A DNA stretch of 63,588 bases, filler included, from Choristocarpus tenellus KU-1152 (Eukaryota; Protista; Phaeophyceae): NCBI GenBank assembly GCA_964200185.2. It is 14 parts of 14 records of this genome, joined end to end, with 100 filler letters (N's around TTAATTAATTAA, not from the genome) between each part and the next. Parts side by side here need not be neighbours in the genome. Positions count along the whole stretch, not along the records: positions 11,928 to 16,665 come from CAXNAD020013263.1; positions 16,766 to 19,494 come from CAXNAD020025254.1; positions 19,595 to 25,112 come from CAXNAD020010546.1; 11 more parts are not named here. One strand, 5' to 3'. Of this stretch, positions 12,276 through 24,400 are shown piece after piece. The stretch's first letter is position 1. Every line of letters begins with the position of its first letter. Both the position numbers and the translations under genes were made by a program. A model generated the notes under the pieces. The model was not told the DNA's origin. It worked only from the letters and a program-made list of their open reading frames with translations, and made no database searches.

Positions 12276-14642
12276 CCCACAAATGGCTCGCATGCCAATA
12301 AACCCTGCAAGATGACACTCCTAAAGCAACTGTTGCCAGTGTTCACCAGGCCCCGGTGCAGGAGACCGCTCCCAGATGACGACAAAGTACCCCCCTCCCC
12401 CAACCCCCCTGCCCCTTCCCCACCCAGGAGAGACAAGACCTCCCGCAGGGCAGACGCCTCCTTTTCCCCCTGCGCCCTCGCCTCTGCCTCTGGATCAGCA
12501 GGCGCTATTTCTATTTCTGCCACAGCCGCAGCAACTAAACCATCCGTGGGGTCCACAGCAATACCCTCAATCTCACCTGCCCCTCCCCCAACAATAGTTT
12601 TTCCTGTCACCTCCTCCTCCTGCAAAGTAGCCCCTTCCACACTCTTGCTCGTGTGAACCAGTCCTTGCTGAATGAAAGGTGATTCGGTCCCCGCTCCTGC
12701 ACCTGACAAGGCCCCACCTAATACTACTTCTCCCACGAGGGTTGAGGCTGGGGCTGCATTTGTGCTGGGGACAGTTACAAGAGGAGTGGTCGCCACAGGG
12801 GCAGCGGGAGCAGAGACTTGGCTGCTTGGCTTTCCTGCAGCTACTCTCGCTGCCCAGGACATAGGAGGCTGACGCAGTGTTTGTCCAGGGGATGGGGAGT
12901 GGGGGCAAAGAGCTTTGAGTGAGAATGATTTGAGAGGAGAGGATCGTGGGGTGGAGAGGAAAAACGAAGTTGGGAAGGTTGTGACTGCTTGGGCGGGCTG
13001 ATGCTGTCGGAGGGTGGCGGCAGCGGCGTGTTTGTTGAGTGTATTTTGCACGCTTCCATTGCAATCAGAGTATTATGTATTGTGGCATGTGCTACTACAT
13101 ACCCTACTTCAAAGCATATGCCCGTTTCACAGGGTTAACAATGGTACTCAGTGATGTATGTACGCAAGTGTTTCGGGGTGACCTACAGGAAAAATTGATG
13201 GCCAGACCGGAAATGAAAGGGTGTAGCAAAATTCTACAAATCTCTGTCCTAAGTTCATTCATGCGGGGAAAGCGGGTTTCATGGGGGCAAAGGAGGGTGT
13301 CAAAACTAATACAGAGAAAGAGAAAGGTTACATCGACACTCTCCCTGGTGGGGGAGGGGAGGGGGGATACAATGTTGATCCTCATGCTGCCAGCAAAGAG
13401 GTTTTCATCTCCTTCAAAATTTGATAGGAGATGTGCACTAACTACCCATCTTCACCTGAACAGCTTTGGAAGGTGCAGGTGTAGAAGTGGCAGCGTTGAC
13501 AGGCTGACGTTGAGCAGAAGGTAGGGTGAAGGGAAAGGAGGGTGGTGGGAGATGTATTGAATGTCAGTTCATTTGCACGGACGTGTGATCTGCGGGTGTT
13601 GGGCAAGCAACAGGCCTTTCCCACACCTGCATTTCGATCGGTAGTCATCCTGAGAAACCTTATTTTGAAGTAAGCAACTTTCAGGACTTAAACTAGGTCA
13701 CAATCCATGCTTCAACGAAATCTTGCGACTCGAGAAATATCGGAAGAGGGAGGATACAAGGAGACAACCACGGACTCTTCATTGAGATAGAGTCACAAAA
13801 ATGGCGAATTGAAATCCCAAAGAGGCAAACAGGCGGATGACTACAAGTGGGAGCGGGCAATTTGTTTCTCCTCCACATACATCACCTGCTTTCCACCCTC
13901 AGCGCGATCTCCAACTGAAGGGAGGGCTGCTGGTGCTGGTGCTACGAGCTCAGAGGCTCGGGTTCCATTGGATCCCAAACAAGGCTCATCGACAGCAGCT
14001 GCATCAGGAGGAGAGTCGTCTTCCCTTTCACTTTCTATCTTAGCCTATAAGTTCGTATTGGGAGTATTGGAGGGTCAGGGAGTGTCCGAGAGCTTGCTTT
14101 CAGCCTTCAGGAAGAGGGCTACGAGTACTACCGTTGTCCGTGTGCTGATTGATACAGGGCATCATTTGCCTAAAGAAAGACTGCGGTTCTTGGCCGAATT
14201 TGAAACACACTAATATCAATCATGAGAATTGACTATCATTGGTTATTTTAACAGTAGTTGTATGGCGTCAGGGGCAGAGTCACGCCTATTGAGACATCGG
14301 CCATTGGTGGCTTGAGGGACAGGTGAAGTACGATAGCCTCTCAACTAAACACTGTTCCAGAAACTCTTTCCTTTCACAGAGAAGTAGAGAGAGAAACTCT
14401 CCATTCCACTCGTGATTCAACAATGACCGCTAAAAGCCTTGAAACCACGGTATACATATTGTTACAGGTGAAAATAGTAGACTTGAAGGTCGGCCATTGC
14501 ATCAATCACGATCATGGCATCGAGGCTTCTTTTTCGATCTATCCCTTCGCCTTTGCCTCACCTCTGGTGGTGGGCGATCTTGGTTAAACTCCTCGGTGAA
14601 AGAACCGAAGGTGATCATTTCAGAGCCTTCCTCCTCGTCCAT
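12276..14642 (-). CDS. USP10: USP10/UBP24/Ubp3-like ubiquitin-specific protease, 5' part
   Basis: Exons 14562-14642 (MDEEEGSEMITFGSFTEEFNQD, an FGxF motif), 13886-14044, 13456-13503 and 12276-12868 (MSWAA motif; USP Cys box RGLVNTGNSCFRSVILQGLLAC). Truncated by the linker. Confidence 0.85.
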
Positions 14643-14865
14643 CCATAAATCGATGTTTCTGAGAAAGTTGCTGTCTTGTGGACTGAAGGTTTGGTAATAG
14701 GTTGGAAGGCCTTTGCGCATCCATTTGTTCTTGTACCACACAGTCGTACAGGAGACAGTAGTACTGTAGTGCAGTTCCCCGGTATTGGTTCCACACTAGA
14801 ACTAACCTAGGCAAGTGCAATCTATTCTCTATCTTCTATAGCTTTCTTGTCTTGATATTGCCAAC
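14643..14865. promoter_or_regulatory. Putative bidirectional promoter between USP10-like and golgin-like genes
   Basis: Head-to-head predicted ATGs with 223 bp between them, in a CpG-rich neighbourhood. Confidence 0.55.
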
Positions 14866-16053
14866 ATGTGGGATCGCACGAGATTTCTCCGCACTGCTGC
14901 GGGAGGATTAGTGAAACATGCTGTATCTGAGGGTGCCAAGTTGCTGGAAAACCTTGACGAGGTACAGATGAAACGTCTGGTACATTTTGTGGGGGAGTGT
15001 CTTGTTGATCTGAGGAAAGGAAGTTCCTGGTTTATCGTGCTGCAAAGAAATTGAGGCGTCGAATATTGCGGTTGCGAGCACGTGTAAACAACCCTCTTGT
15101 TTTTCGTCATTCTTTTTGGTGTCAATTGTAATGACCTTAGTGAACCTGGATGCTCAACCAAGCACCAAACGTGCCAACATGATTTGGCTCCCCGATCCAC
15201 GACCCCAGAACTTCGATGATGACCCAGACGGTGAGAGGGAATCAGTGGACACGGAGGATAAATATGCTTCAGGGGAAGATCATGGCGATTTGGGTAGCGC
15301 AGAGTCTGAGGTTGACGATGACAACATGTTGAAGAGTGCAATCGATCAGGTGATACTGAAAATGAGAAATTGAAGTGATGGGACTGGACGGAGAACAAAT
15401 ATAATCGAAGAGACCTTGGGTGATGCTGGGTGGGAGTTGTGCTAAGGAAGATGATCTTTGGTACGAAACGTCCTTGGGGTCGTTGTGGACCTGTTTGTTT
15501 GCGTCACCGACTTGCGATGCATCGCCAGAGCTGTACCGTTACCCCAACACTACCAATGATCCAGAAACGGTTCTTATAACTAGCAGGAACAAAACGAGAG
15601 AAAGGGGCAGATCCCCACACGAGAAAGAGGCTGGGATGGAAAGGGTGATGGAGGAGACGATGATGAGGAATACAAGCCTAGCGGATTAGGGAATATACCC
15701 GACTCTTCATTAGAGAAAGCCCTTGGTGCTAACAGTGAGCTTACGGCAGGAGGTGCTGAGGTAGGATATGTGATAATGCCCTCCGTGTTGCATCACCTAG
15801 ACTTCGATGCTGTCGTTTCACTTACTGTGGCTAGGTTGCCTACCACGGATCTGCACTCTGGGCATCGCTTGCGTTTCACACCCCTACTGCCCTACTGGCA
15901 ACGGGACTAGAAGCATGCAGCCCCTGAGGAGGAGTTGGATATCTCAAGTCTAAAGGTTTTAGGTAGTCTGAGGTGGCCTTTGATTCCACCACTCTGTTGT
16001 TCCAACAGTACAGTTGTGGGCCCTCCCCCCTCGCATGTGTGTAAGACAAGGCG

Positions 16054-16089
<36 letters not shown>

Positions 16090-16516
16090 TCAAATCCTGC
16101 CCGTCTGGCGGCTGGTTAAATGAATTGGTCTCACAAGCACTGTTTCGTTGTGTCGACCACCCTTACCCTTGCACCAACACAAGAATAATGCTCCATCACC
16201 ACAAACATGAACAACACATAACGGCAGTACATCACGCCAGTGGAAGCAGGGTTGTGCAAACGCCCGCGTACATGTTTTCAGGTCCTTACCTCCCCTCTCC
16301 CCTTGGCGGACTTCACTTCAACCCTGGTAGGGAGACCTGGCGACTGAGCTGGGACTGGACCCCGAGGGAGAAGAGTATGCGGCGGTGTGTCAGGTCATGG
16401 AAAGGGTTAGGGTTAGGGAAAGGGTTAGGGTTAGGGAAAGGCTCTCCAACCAACACTCGAAGGCTGTCCGCCGAAAGTCCAAGCAGATAGCATCGCTGCG
16501 CCGGAAGGTCGACAAG
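14866..16516 (+). CDS. Acidic/coiled-coil protein, possibly golgin-84-like, 5' part
   Basis: Phase-0 exons 14866-14961, 15209-15349, 15584-15760, 15911-15955 and 16331-16516. The N-terminus MWD..GGLVKHAVSEGAKLLENLDE resembles golgin N-terminal capture motifs and is followed by an acidic linker. The family call is tentative. Confidence 0.55.
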
Positions 16517-16571
16517 GTGAGGCGGGCCAGAATGGGGAGCATTTGCCAGAGGGTAGTCTTTTTCGTCGTCG

Positions 16572-16573
<2 letters not shown>

Positions 16574-16618
<45 letters not shown>
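16574..16618. repeat. (GT)n microsatellite
   Basis: Direct reading. Similar (CA)n at 19434-19494, (AT)n near 16056 and 25765, and (AAT)n near 27223. Confidence 0.95.
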
Positions 16619-16619
<1 letters not shown>

Positions 16620-16765
16620 TGGACACAAGCCGTGTCTGCGTTGGACTTTTTTTTTTTAGTCTCTCNNNNNNNNNNNNNNNNNNNNNNNNNNNNNNNNNNN
16701 NNNNNNNNNTTAATTAATTAANNNNNNNNNNNNNNNNNNNNNNNNNNNNNNNNNNNNNNNNNNNN

Positions 16766-19229
16766 GCCTCTATCTGGACAACATAGCAGAGAGCAAGGAT
16801 GGCCTCATCAGCCATCTTACTGCACTGATCCGTGGCGTTCTCAATATGCTAACCAGACTGGCACACTCAGCTCAATCGATCAGACCCCAAGGTACAATAC
16901 CCGATAAGGGGTGTATCACTTCACTAATCTCACCAGCCCTTTCTGACCGAGGTAAGAATATGACTAGTTATTCATCACCTTTTCCGAGAGCAGTGAGACC
17001 TCTTCCCAATTACTAACGTTTGATATTGCTCCCTGTGGTCAAACACCTCTCAACCTCAAGCCTGAACCGTAGGTCTGCTTGCAAGTATTGCTCAAAATTC
17101 TTCATCTCTTGCCATCCTTAGGTCGGAAGCACATGGTATAGGTGCAGGTAGGCTCATTTTTGTGCCTTCAAGAGGAGGAATTTCTTGGAGATTCGCTGAT
17201 GGGGAAGAGGAGAGGGTAAAGGACGACACATTGGCATTGAAGTTCTGCTATGTGGATGCAAGCAACTTTAAAACAGTCAAGGCCTACTTACCACTGCCTG
17301 CTTTTGTGGAGGTGTGTGGATTAATGGTCAGAGGGAGAACAGCAATCATCATATCAAACTGACTATCCTTGAGAGCCAAAGTATCTTAGAGGGTAGAGCC
17401 GCGTCCATTTGGGGTTCAACATCCAATGTTGCGATTTTGATGTAACTCTGGCTATCACGTTAGGAAGTGTCAATATCCTTGTTCCGGACACACCTCTTCA
17501 TAACGTATACATTTTACCTACTCCGAAACATTTTCGAGTAGGAAAATGTCATAGAAAAAGACCATGGGAAGCCAAGCCTCAAACGGACAAACAGAGGGAA
17601 AATCGTCCCCTCTAAGATACTTTCACTCTTGAGGAGAGTAAACAAGTAGGAGTTGGGATAATAAAGCATAACTAAGGGTAAATGAGCTTGAGAACAGGGT
17701 CGCAACATCTCCCTTTTCCCCAACAACATTACATTTCTGAATTGCAGAGGAATTTCAAGGTCTTACTGAGCACATCTTCCATCTGTGATCACTGCATGGC
17801 TCATAACTTGTGCACAGTATTGAAGCACATCTAAATCCTATGTGCCCAAGCCAGCTATAACTCGCACCCTGCTCTATCTACCCATGGTTCTTCAACGCAC
17901 GGGACAGTGATTCATGATTGTGTTTTTTTCTTCAATCTTTAGGCAGAGGATGGCCATTCGAAGTGTGATACCTCCAGGTAGCAAGTGCTTCTACAAAGTG
18001 AACAAGAGGATAAATCAAAGCAATACTGGACACCACCATGCCAACAGTAACATCTTTCCATAGTACCCATGTATGAGGGAGTGCTCTGCAGGAGACTCTG
18101 ATAAGCCGGACTAGTCATTTTTTCTGTCACAATTTACAGTTCAGCCCAACTTATTACTGACTGCATTGAATCGTTTCCAACCGAATTCTGTTTCCACCTT
18201 CCTCCCAAATCATAGGAGGGTCCCAAGGCACTGCTGAATGCTTTCCTCTCACCGCGATTTGACACAAAGATGGAGAGGAACCCATCCAAGGTGGCACTGC
18301 GAGATCTTCAGGAAGGTCCTTCACACATGCCAACTGAGTCATCTTCATCTAATGATGACAGTGACACAGATTCCTTCTTCTCTTCTTCGTCAAGTTCATC
18401 CTCTTTTTCATCCTCCAGTGGGTCTAGCAGCGGCCGGGGGCGTCGAGGGCGCAAGAGCTTCAAGGAGTGGCAGGAAGACAGCAGATGGAATCTTAAGGTC
18501 TAGCTGACAGCTCTCTCTCTCCTGCACTCTGTTCATTTCTTGTACCCCCATTACTTCTGAATATCAAATGGGCAAAGAAGAGGGGAGTTGTCACTATTCG
18601 ATTTCTATTCAAAGGGCCCCCTATCTCTCTGGATTATGGGCATGACTAGTTCAAGGGACGACATTAGCTGAGTGTGTTCGTCCAAGTACAGGGTTTGGTC
18701 CAGATGCAAGCATAACCCTTGCCATCCCACCAATCAATCTCAAGTCATTGCTGAGCAATGAATGGGTGATTGCAGGAGTATTATCCTATTAAAATCCCCC
18801 TTGATTACCTTTTCTGCTCAAAGTGATTGTTGTACAACAACGTCTATCTAGAATCAAGATCCGGACAAATTCCCCCACCTCACCTGTACCTCCAACCCAA
18901 CCACTATCCCCCAACCCACATCTGATTCCCTACCCCTTTTCGTACTCCCAATACCCTAACTCTAACCCAAACCAAATCCTCACCAAACGTAGTTCAAGTC
19001 GTAGTCAAGTCCAGCCTCTTCACCCCTGCCCTACTCAAAGGTATTGGGACTTACTCTGCCAACCCTGGAGGTACCCAAAGTGGTGGGCTGTGGCCGGGAA
19101 AACTGCACTGTGCAGTGGACCAGCAGTTTCATCAAGAGTGGCTCAGACCAGACGACTGTCAGGTTCAACCTATCGTTTGCTCAGGCTAACTCAAATTCCA
19201 CTGGAGGTGGATCTTACGGATATGTTGAG
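16766..19229 (+). CDS. Degenerate JmjC-like domain followed by a fibronectin type III-like segment, internal exons
   Basis: Exons 16766-16951, 17073-17311 (GRLIFVPS...DDTLALKFCYVDASNF), 18216-18497 (LLNAFLSPRFDTKM..FKEW) and 19041-19229 (LPTLEVPKVVGCGRENCTVQW) join in phase. Confidence 0.55.
17373..17628. mobile_element. MITE family A (GAG termini, 4-bp TSD; Sola2-like non-autonomous), intronic copy
   Basis: TIR gagccaaagtatcttagaggg...cccctctaagatactttcactc; TSD TTGA at 17369-17372 and 17629-17632; homologous to 43339-43596. Confidence 0.9.
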
Positions 19230-19429
19230 GTGGGGGGATGTCCTCGTGCTCCATTCATAACTCTTTTGGTAAAAGCCTGCAATGACATTTGACAATGTGC
19301 ACGAGTTGCGCAGATGTTCTAAGCTCTCAAGGAGGACGTGATTTTTTTTAAACATTTTGAAACATTAGTTTTGCCTGCAATACTAGGAAGACATGGATAG
19401 GGGTCTATATCAGGGTATCAAGGTGTACG

Positions 19430-19487
<58 letters not shown>

Positions 19488-20139
19488 AACACACNNNNNN
19501 NNNNNNNNNNNNNNNNNNNNNNNNNNNNNNNNNNNNNNTTAATTAATTAANNNNNNNNNNNNNNNNNNNNNNNNNNNNNNNNNNNNNNNNNNNNGAGGCC
19601 AGTAGTACAAAGGTTGGGTGATTGAGGAAGGTTAGGGGAGGGTTTTTGAATGTGGAGGGGGTGGGGGGCTTTGAGGATTTAGGAACACAACAACGTTGCC
19701 AACACATTCAGACCAGAGAGAAATAAGATGTACAGATATTTGTGCAGGTAACACAAGAGACGGTATAATAGGTCCTACAAGAGCAGTAGGCAGAGCTATG
19801 AGTAGGGAAAAAAGGTGAAGGAGGAGACAGAACTAAAGATATACACACAGGGAGGAGAGCTGGGCATGGGGGGGTGGAAGGGAGCCAGACTGCAAAGACT
19901 GGATAGTAATCTTGCTCCAAAAGTGCCACCAGAGCAATATGTTTTAATCAATTCTTGAAGAAAAAAAACGTATGCCTTGAAAAGGAAGATATAAATCGAG
20001 GTCAAGAGAAAAAGTAACAGAGGTTGTTTGTGGGTATCTGGGTTTGAGAAGAGGCAGAGAGAGGGGGAAGGGAGAATCTATCCTCTCCAAGGTAAGACAA
20101 TGGACCTGTCTCAAGTGGACTTGGTTGCCGAATGATCAC

Positions 20140-21269
20140 CTTGGGTGGTGCGACATGTCAGCATCCATGAGCACCACATGACTTCCTGTTATGATTTCCA
20201 AGCCATCAACGTACGCAGTGCCAAGGCCAAGCTTGCCTGGTCGGGACAGAATCCTGAACTTTTCCTCGCCATATATCGACTTCCATTACCACAATGAGAG
20301 ATGTGTTCATGTGAGTGTTTGGGGGGGCAGGGGGGAGATGGATTAAAGGAGGGTCGAGAATGTTCATATAGTTCCTTGCTTCATGCAGGCATTCAGTATT
20401 CAGGACCCATTCATTAATTGAACGGCCATCCAAAAAGAAAGGCAGGGCTAATGAGGGAAAGAAGGTCTGAAGATGTGGAAAACTCGCCAGGGCCTGGGTG
20501 GTGATCGCTAGGAAGAGTATTTTCACAACACGACCTAGAGGCCTTATCTAACCGTCTTGGTTTTGAGGGAGACTAGTGGTATTGGTGTGGAATCTCTCTT
20601 CATCTTGGCTTACATGTGGGATTGTATCTTTCATGGCTCTTACCTATCGATCGGCGAAGCGGAGGTATCGTAAGATAGGCAGCAAGGGTGGAGACAGGGG
20701 CAGAACATCAAATATTTTTAACCAGTGCAGTACAGAGCCCAAAAGTGATCGCAGTTTTGACGGGGTAGAGGAATGCCTCAAGCTCACCACTCTAGAGAAC
20801 TCACACCTGTAATTGCTGGGCCACCTCCAGTGTTCCATCAGGGCTACTATCTTCAACCACCAAAATTTCGAAATCCAAATCACTGTTGCATCAGGGGGTG
20901 TGAAGCAAGAGCACAGAATGGGAAGATATGCTTGGAGGTGTACTCACAAATACACCACTGTGAAAGATACTACGACTCGCCGTTCAGCGTGAAGGCAGGG
21001 CGTATCGCAAGGTCAGCTCGAGTGGGTGGAAAGGAGATGGGGAACTGAGAAAGAATGTCAACAAGAGGAAAAGATGGCGCTAAGCACGACGGACGTTGAG
21101 TCGTTGCAGTTAGGGAGCAGGGTACTCACTTGTCCGAGAAGGTCTTCACAAGCATAGACGTCGTGAGAGGCAAGTTATCTCTTTCATTATATGTGGGAAG
21201 TATCACGGAGTACTTCGAGACCCGTCCTAAAGCAGTCTCTTTCTGGACCTGAGACCTTGTCCTCACCAT
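20140..21269 (-). CDS. DPM1: Dolichol-phosphate mannosyltransferase subunit 1, first three exons
   Basis: Exons 21130-21269 (KYSVILPTYNERDNLPL), 20807-20882 (DFEILVVEDSSPDGTLEVAQQLQ) and 20140-20279 (RPGKLGLGTAYVDG..VVLMDADMSHHP, GT2 DxD). Not recognisable in the ORF track. Confidence 0.95.
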
Positions 21270-21491
21270 CTTCCCTCCCGTCTGCCCCAGTGGGAGGTGT
21301 TGGGTGAGAAATTTGCCCCCTATTCTACAGATGCTAAATAAGGATTAATACCCTTTATGCTTTGCAGTTTCCCACTCGCAGTGGTTCAGGATCCCAGGTT
21401 AGTATGGAGAGGTGAGTTGATCAAAACTCAGCAACCCCACCTCTTCCCAGAAATAACCGACGCCATGTAAAGGTGATCGCCTCAAACCCCA
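21270..21491. promoter_or_regulatory. Putative bidirectional promoter between DPM1 and the RUS-family gene
   Basis: Divergent predicted starts with 222 bp between them, CpG-rich. The RUS start at 21492 is inferred. Confidence 0.5.
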
Positions 21492-24400
21492 ATGTCGATT
21501 TTTGAAAAAACACAAGTCATACCAACATCAAACTCCTCCACAGTTGACACAAGCATGACCCGGTCTCGGCTGCCCAGCAGAGATGTCCATGTTCTCGCCC
21601 GTGAACATGACACCAGCGTGCCGTCCTACCGGAGGCAATTCTTCACCTATTCGGCGATGGGACCTGAGAAGGGTCTGGTCCCTTCCACCACCCGAGTCGC
21701 TCAACGCTTAAATCCTGGGGTGAAGGCCTTTTTCAGGTGCTATCAACATTGATTATCCTTGTCGAGGTCGTAGTTTAATTTCTCCGCGTGTTGTAGGTTG
21801 GCTCCTTTCAGTAAATTTGCGCTTCTTTCGGTCTTGATTAGGTAGAGCTTCATTCATGTTGGGGGTGAGAAAAACCAACGATATTTTTTCCTCGAAGTCC
21901 TCCATCCTATGTCAAGGGTTCTGGTGACTCATTACTCGTCACCTGTCTATGGTAAGTTTTTAACAAAGAGGGTCCAAGACTTAATATCACTCGTTAGGAA
22001 GCGTGTGTTTCAAGGGGAACGGTGCTCGAGTCAACTTCAATGTGAACACCGTCACTGCCTCGCCCTGTCATCTACACTGCATGGAGTAGCACCTCTTCGG
22101 ACATGCGCATTTTTTCGCAGCACAATCTCCCATGGTCTTCTTCAATAGGAATTTGGTAGGGTATATGGCATGAGCCTCGTTTCTCCCTAACCTCTTACCC
22201 CTGACTCCTACGACCATGGTAACCTTGCTTCCCACCTCGCCCCTGGAAAACAGGCGAACCTTTCTTCCTAACGGATACCCCGATTCCGTGCGAAAGGAAT
22301 ACATGGAATACCAAATGTGGGATACCGTGCAGGTAGGCGAAAATAATAGGATGAGGAGACTGCACCCTCTAGCTCACCTGTATGCAGACTGGAACGCACA
22401 ATGCGTTCCCAACGCTTATGGCGTGTTTGGTTTAAAGTGTGCTTGTCCAATAATGCATGTCAGTATAATAGCTAGGGTCACACTTGTTATCCTCCATCAG
22501 CTTTGTCAGAAAACAATACATGCAGTCGCAATATTTTTATTTGCCAACCCAAGGGGGATAGCCATTCTGGCGCACATTGCCATTTCGTGCGATCCCCCTC
22601 ATCCAAGAACATGATAATGCTGTTGTCCTGGGCTAGCCAGGGATGGCCATCTGCGTGGTGCCTATCGTAATTATTATCTCAAGACCTCATTATGTAAATC
22701 ATAAAGTACGCCTCTTTTGAACTGTGAAGCAACAAGAGCCCCAACCCCTCTTGTGTCTTTTGTATTGAGTCCTCTACAATATTCGTTGCTTACTCCATCA
22801 TTGCCCTGTTCCTCAGGCACTCTGTAGCTACCTCCGAGGAGTCCTTTCCACTGCTGCCATGCTCCATGCATCTGGTGTAGGAGATGGTGAGAGCATACCA
22901 CATACCAAGACTGACAGGGAAACATTGACCTCCAGATTCAGTGGTTCCAAGTATTTTTCTTGAAGGAATGGTGGGGGGGGTAGGGGTGGCACTTATCTTC
23001 TGGATTAGATCCCTGCTCAAAGGTTCAGTTGTTTTTATTTCATGTGTTGTGTGTGTGTGTGTGGTGACTTTTTGAGGCTGCTGTTCTAGTTTTGAGACAT
23101 GCTTGTAACAAAATTCTTGTCAAGAGCCACACATGATCCTCTCTCTTGTTTCAAAGCATTTTAATCAATCTGTTTTGTGAGGTGCAGAAAAAAGAGCATA
23201 TTCTGACTCACTTAGAAGCAGCCCTCTTTTAGTAAAGATCATCATACAGTGTCTATCTCATCTGCTCTTATCTCCTCCTCACCACTGTACCAAAACCACA
23301 CTGCAATTTTCTCTAGTCTGCCACCTAAGCACACTACATTAGGCACTCTAGTCCACCACTGGTCTGCCAATGCATATACATACCACTTCCCACATAACAT
23401 TTTCCCTCCGCCCCTCCCCCCATCCCCCCACTATGCATTTGGTCGGAAACAGAGAAGGCATCAGCCATGGCAGTGGCACTGGTGTGGGTGTTACGTGACG
23501 GATTTGGCATGGTGGGCAGCCTCCTCTTCTCCTATGCGGCCTCCAATCACATGGACAGCAACATCAAGGAGTGGCGCCTCTTTGCAGACGTGATCAATGA
23601 CATTGGCCTCACATTGGACCTCCTAGCTCCGGTCTTCAGGTCAAGATTTGCATTGGTATCCTCCCTCGCAACAATGTGCAAGGTGTGTGAGCGTGTATGT
23701 GTAATGACTCATATGCTTATTACACACTTATGTGTTTGCTCTCACGCCAAGCCCTTGAGATACTCTGAACATCTCGACCCATGGGTAACAGTGAAGCGCA
23801 GTGCAGTCCAGTCCAATGAAGGGCAAGGTTCTTACACCCTGAAAGTAATATATGAGGTAAACAAACAAAAGTTTTGGGTGTCGAGCAGGAGGGAGTTGTT
23901 TTTTGCATGTAAGAATATTTGGTGAGAAGGTGTGATACCCAGGTCTCGGAGGATCAGTGGGGTGCAGAGGAGGAGGAGGAGAAATTGCAGAGTGCAGGAG
24001 ATTGGAGATTTTGAAGGATTCCACGAAACTGTTGACAGCTGCAGCAACACCAGAGATGATTTTTCCTTTCATTTTCAATAACCACTATGAATATCATTGC
24101 CTTGGGCTGGGCTTGCCTTGGCTGCCAAGCTTTGTCACTGCACTGTAGAAAATGTATTGTGCAGAGGGGTATGGTTGTAGTGCAGCAGTGTTGTCCTTCT
24201 CTTGCAGGAGATTTGTGTAGATATTTTCTTATTTTGAAGCAGATGCAGACCCGTAACCCCCCTCTCCACACTGCCTTGCCCCTCATTCTTCCACGCCCAC
24301 CCTGGTACTGATGCGGCATTATCATACATACCTGTGTTCCCATGTGGTGCACCTAAGTCATGCTGAGATTAATGTAAACAGAGGTGATACAAAGAGCAAC

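Noticed and set aside
14132-14169. Extra USP10-like micro-exon
   Set aside because: It ends in phase 2 and would create a stop in the next exon.
16406-16440. 35-nt GT-AG micro-intron explaining the telomeric tract
   Set aside because: Removing it shifts the frame, whereas retaining it keeps the exon open.
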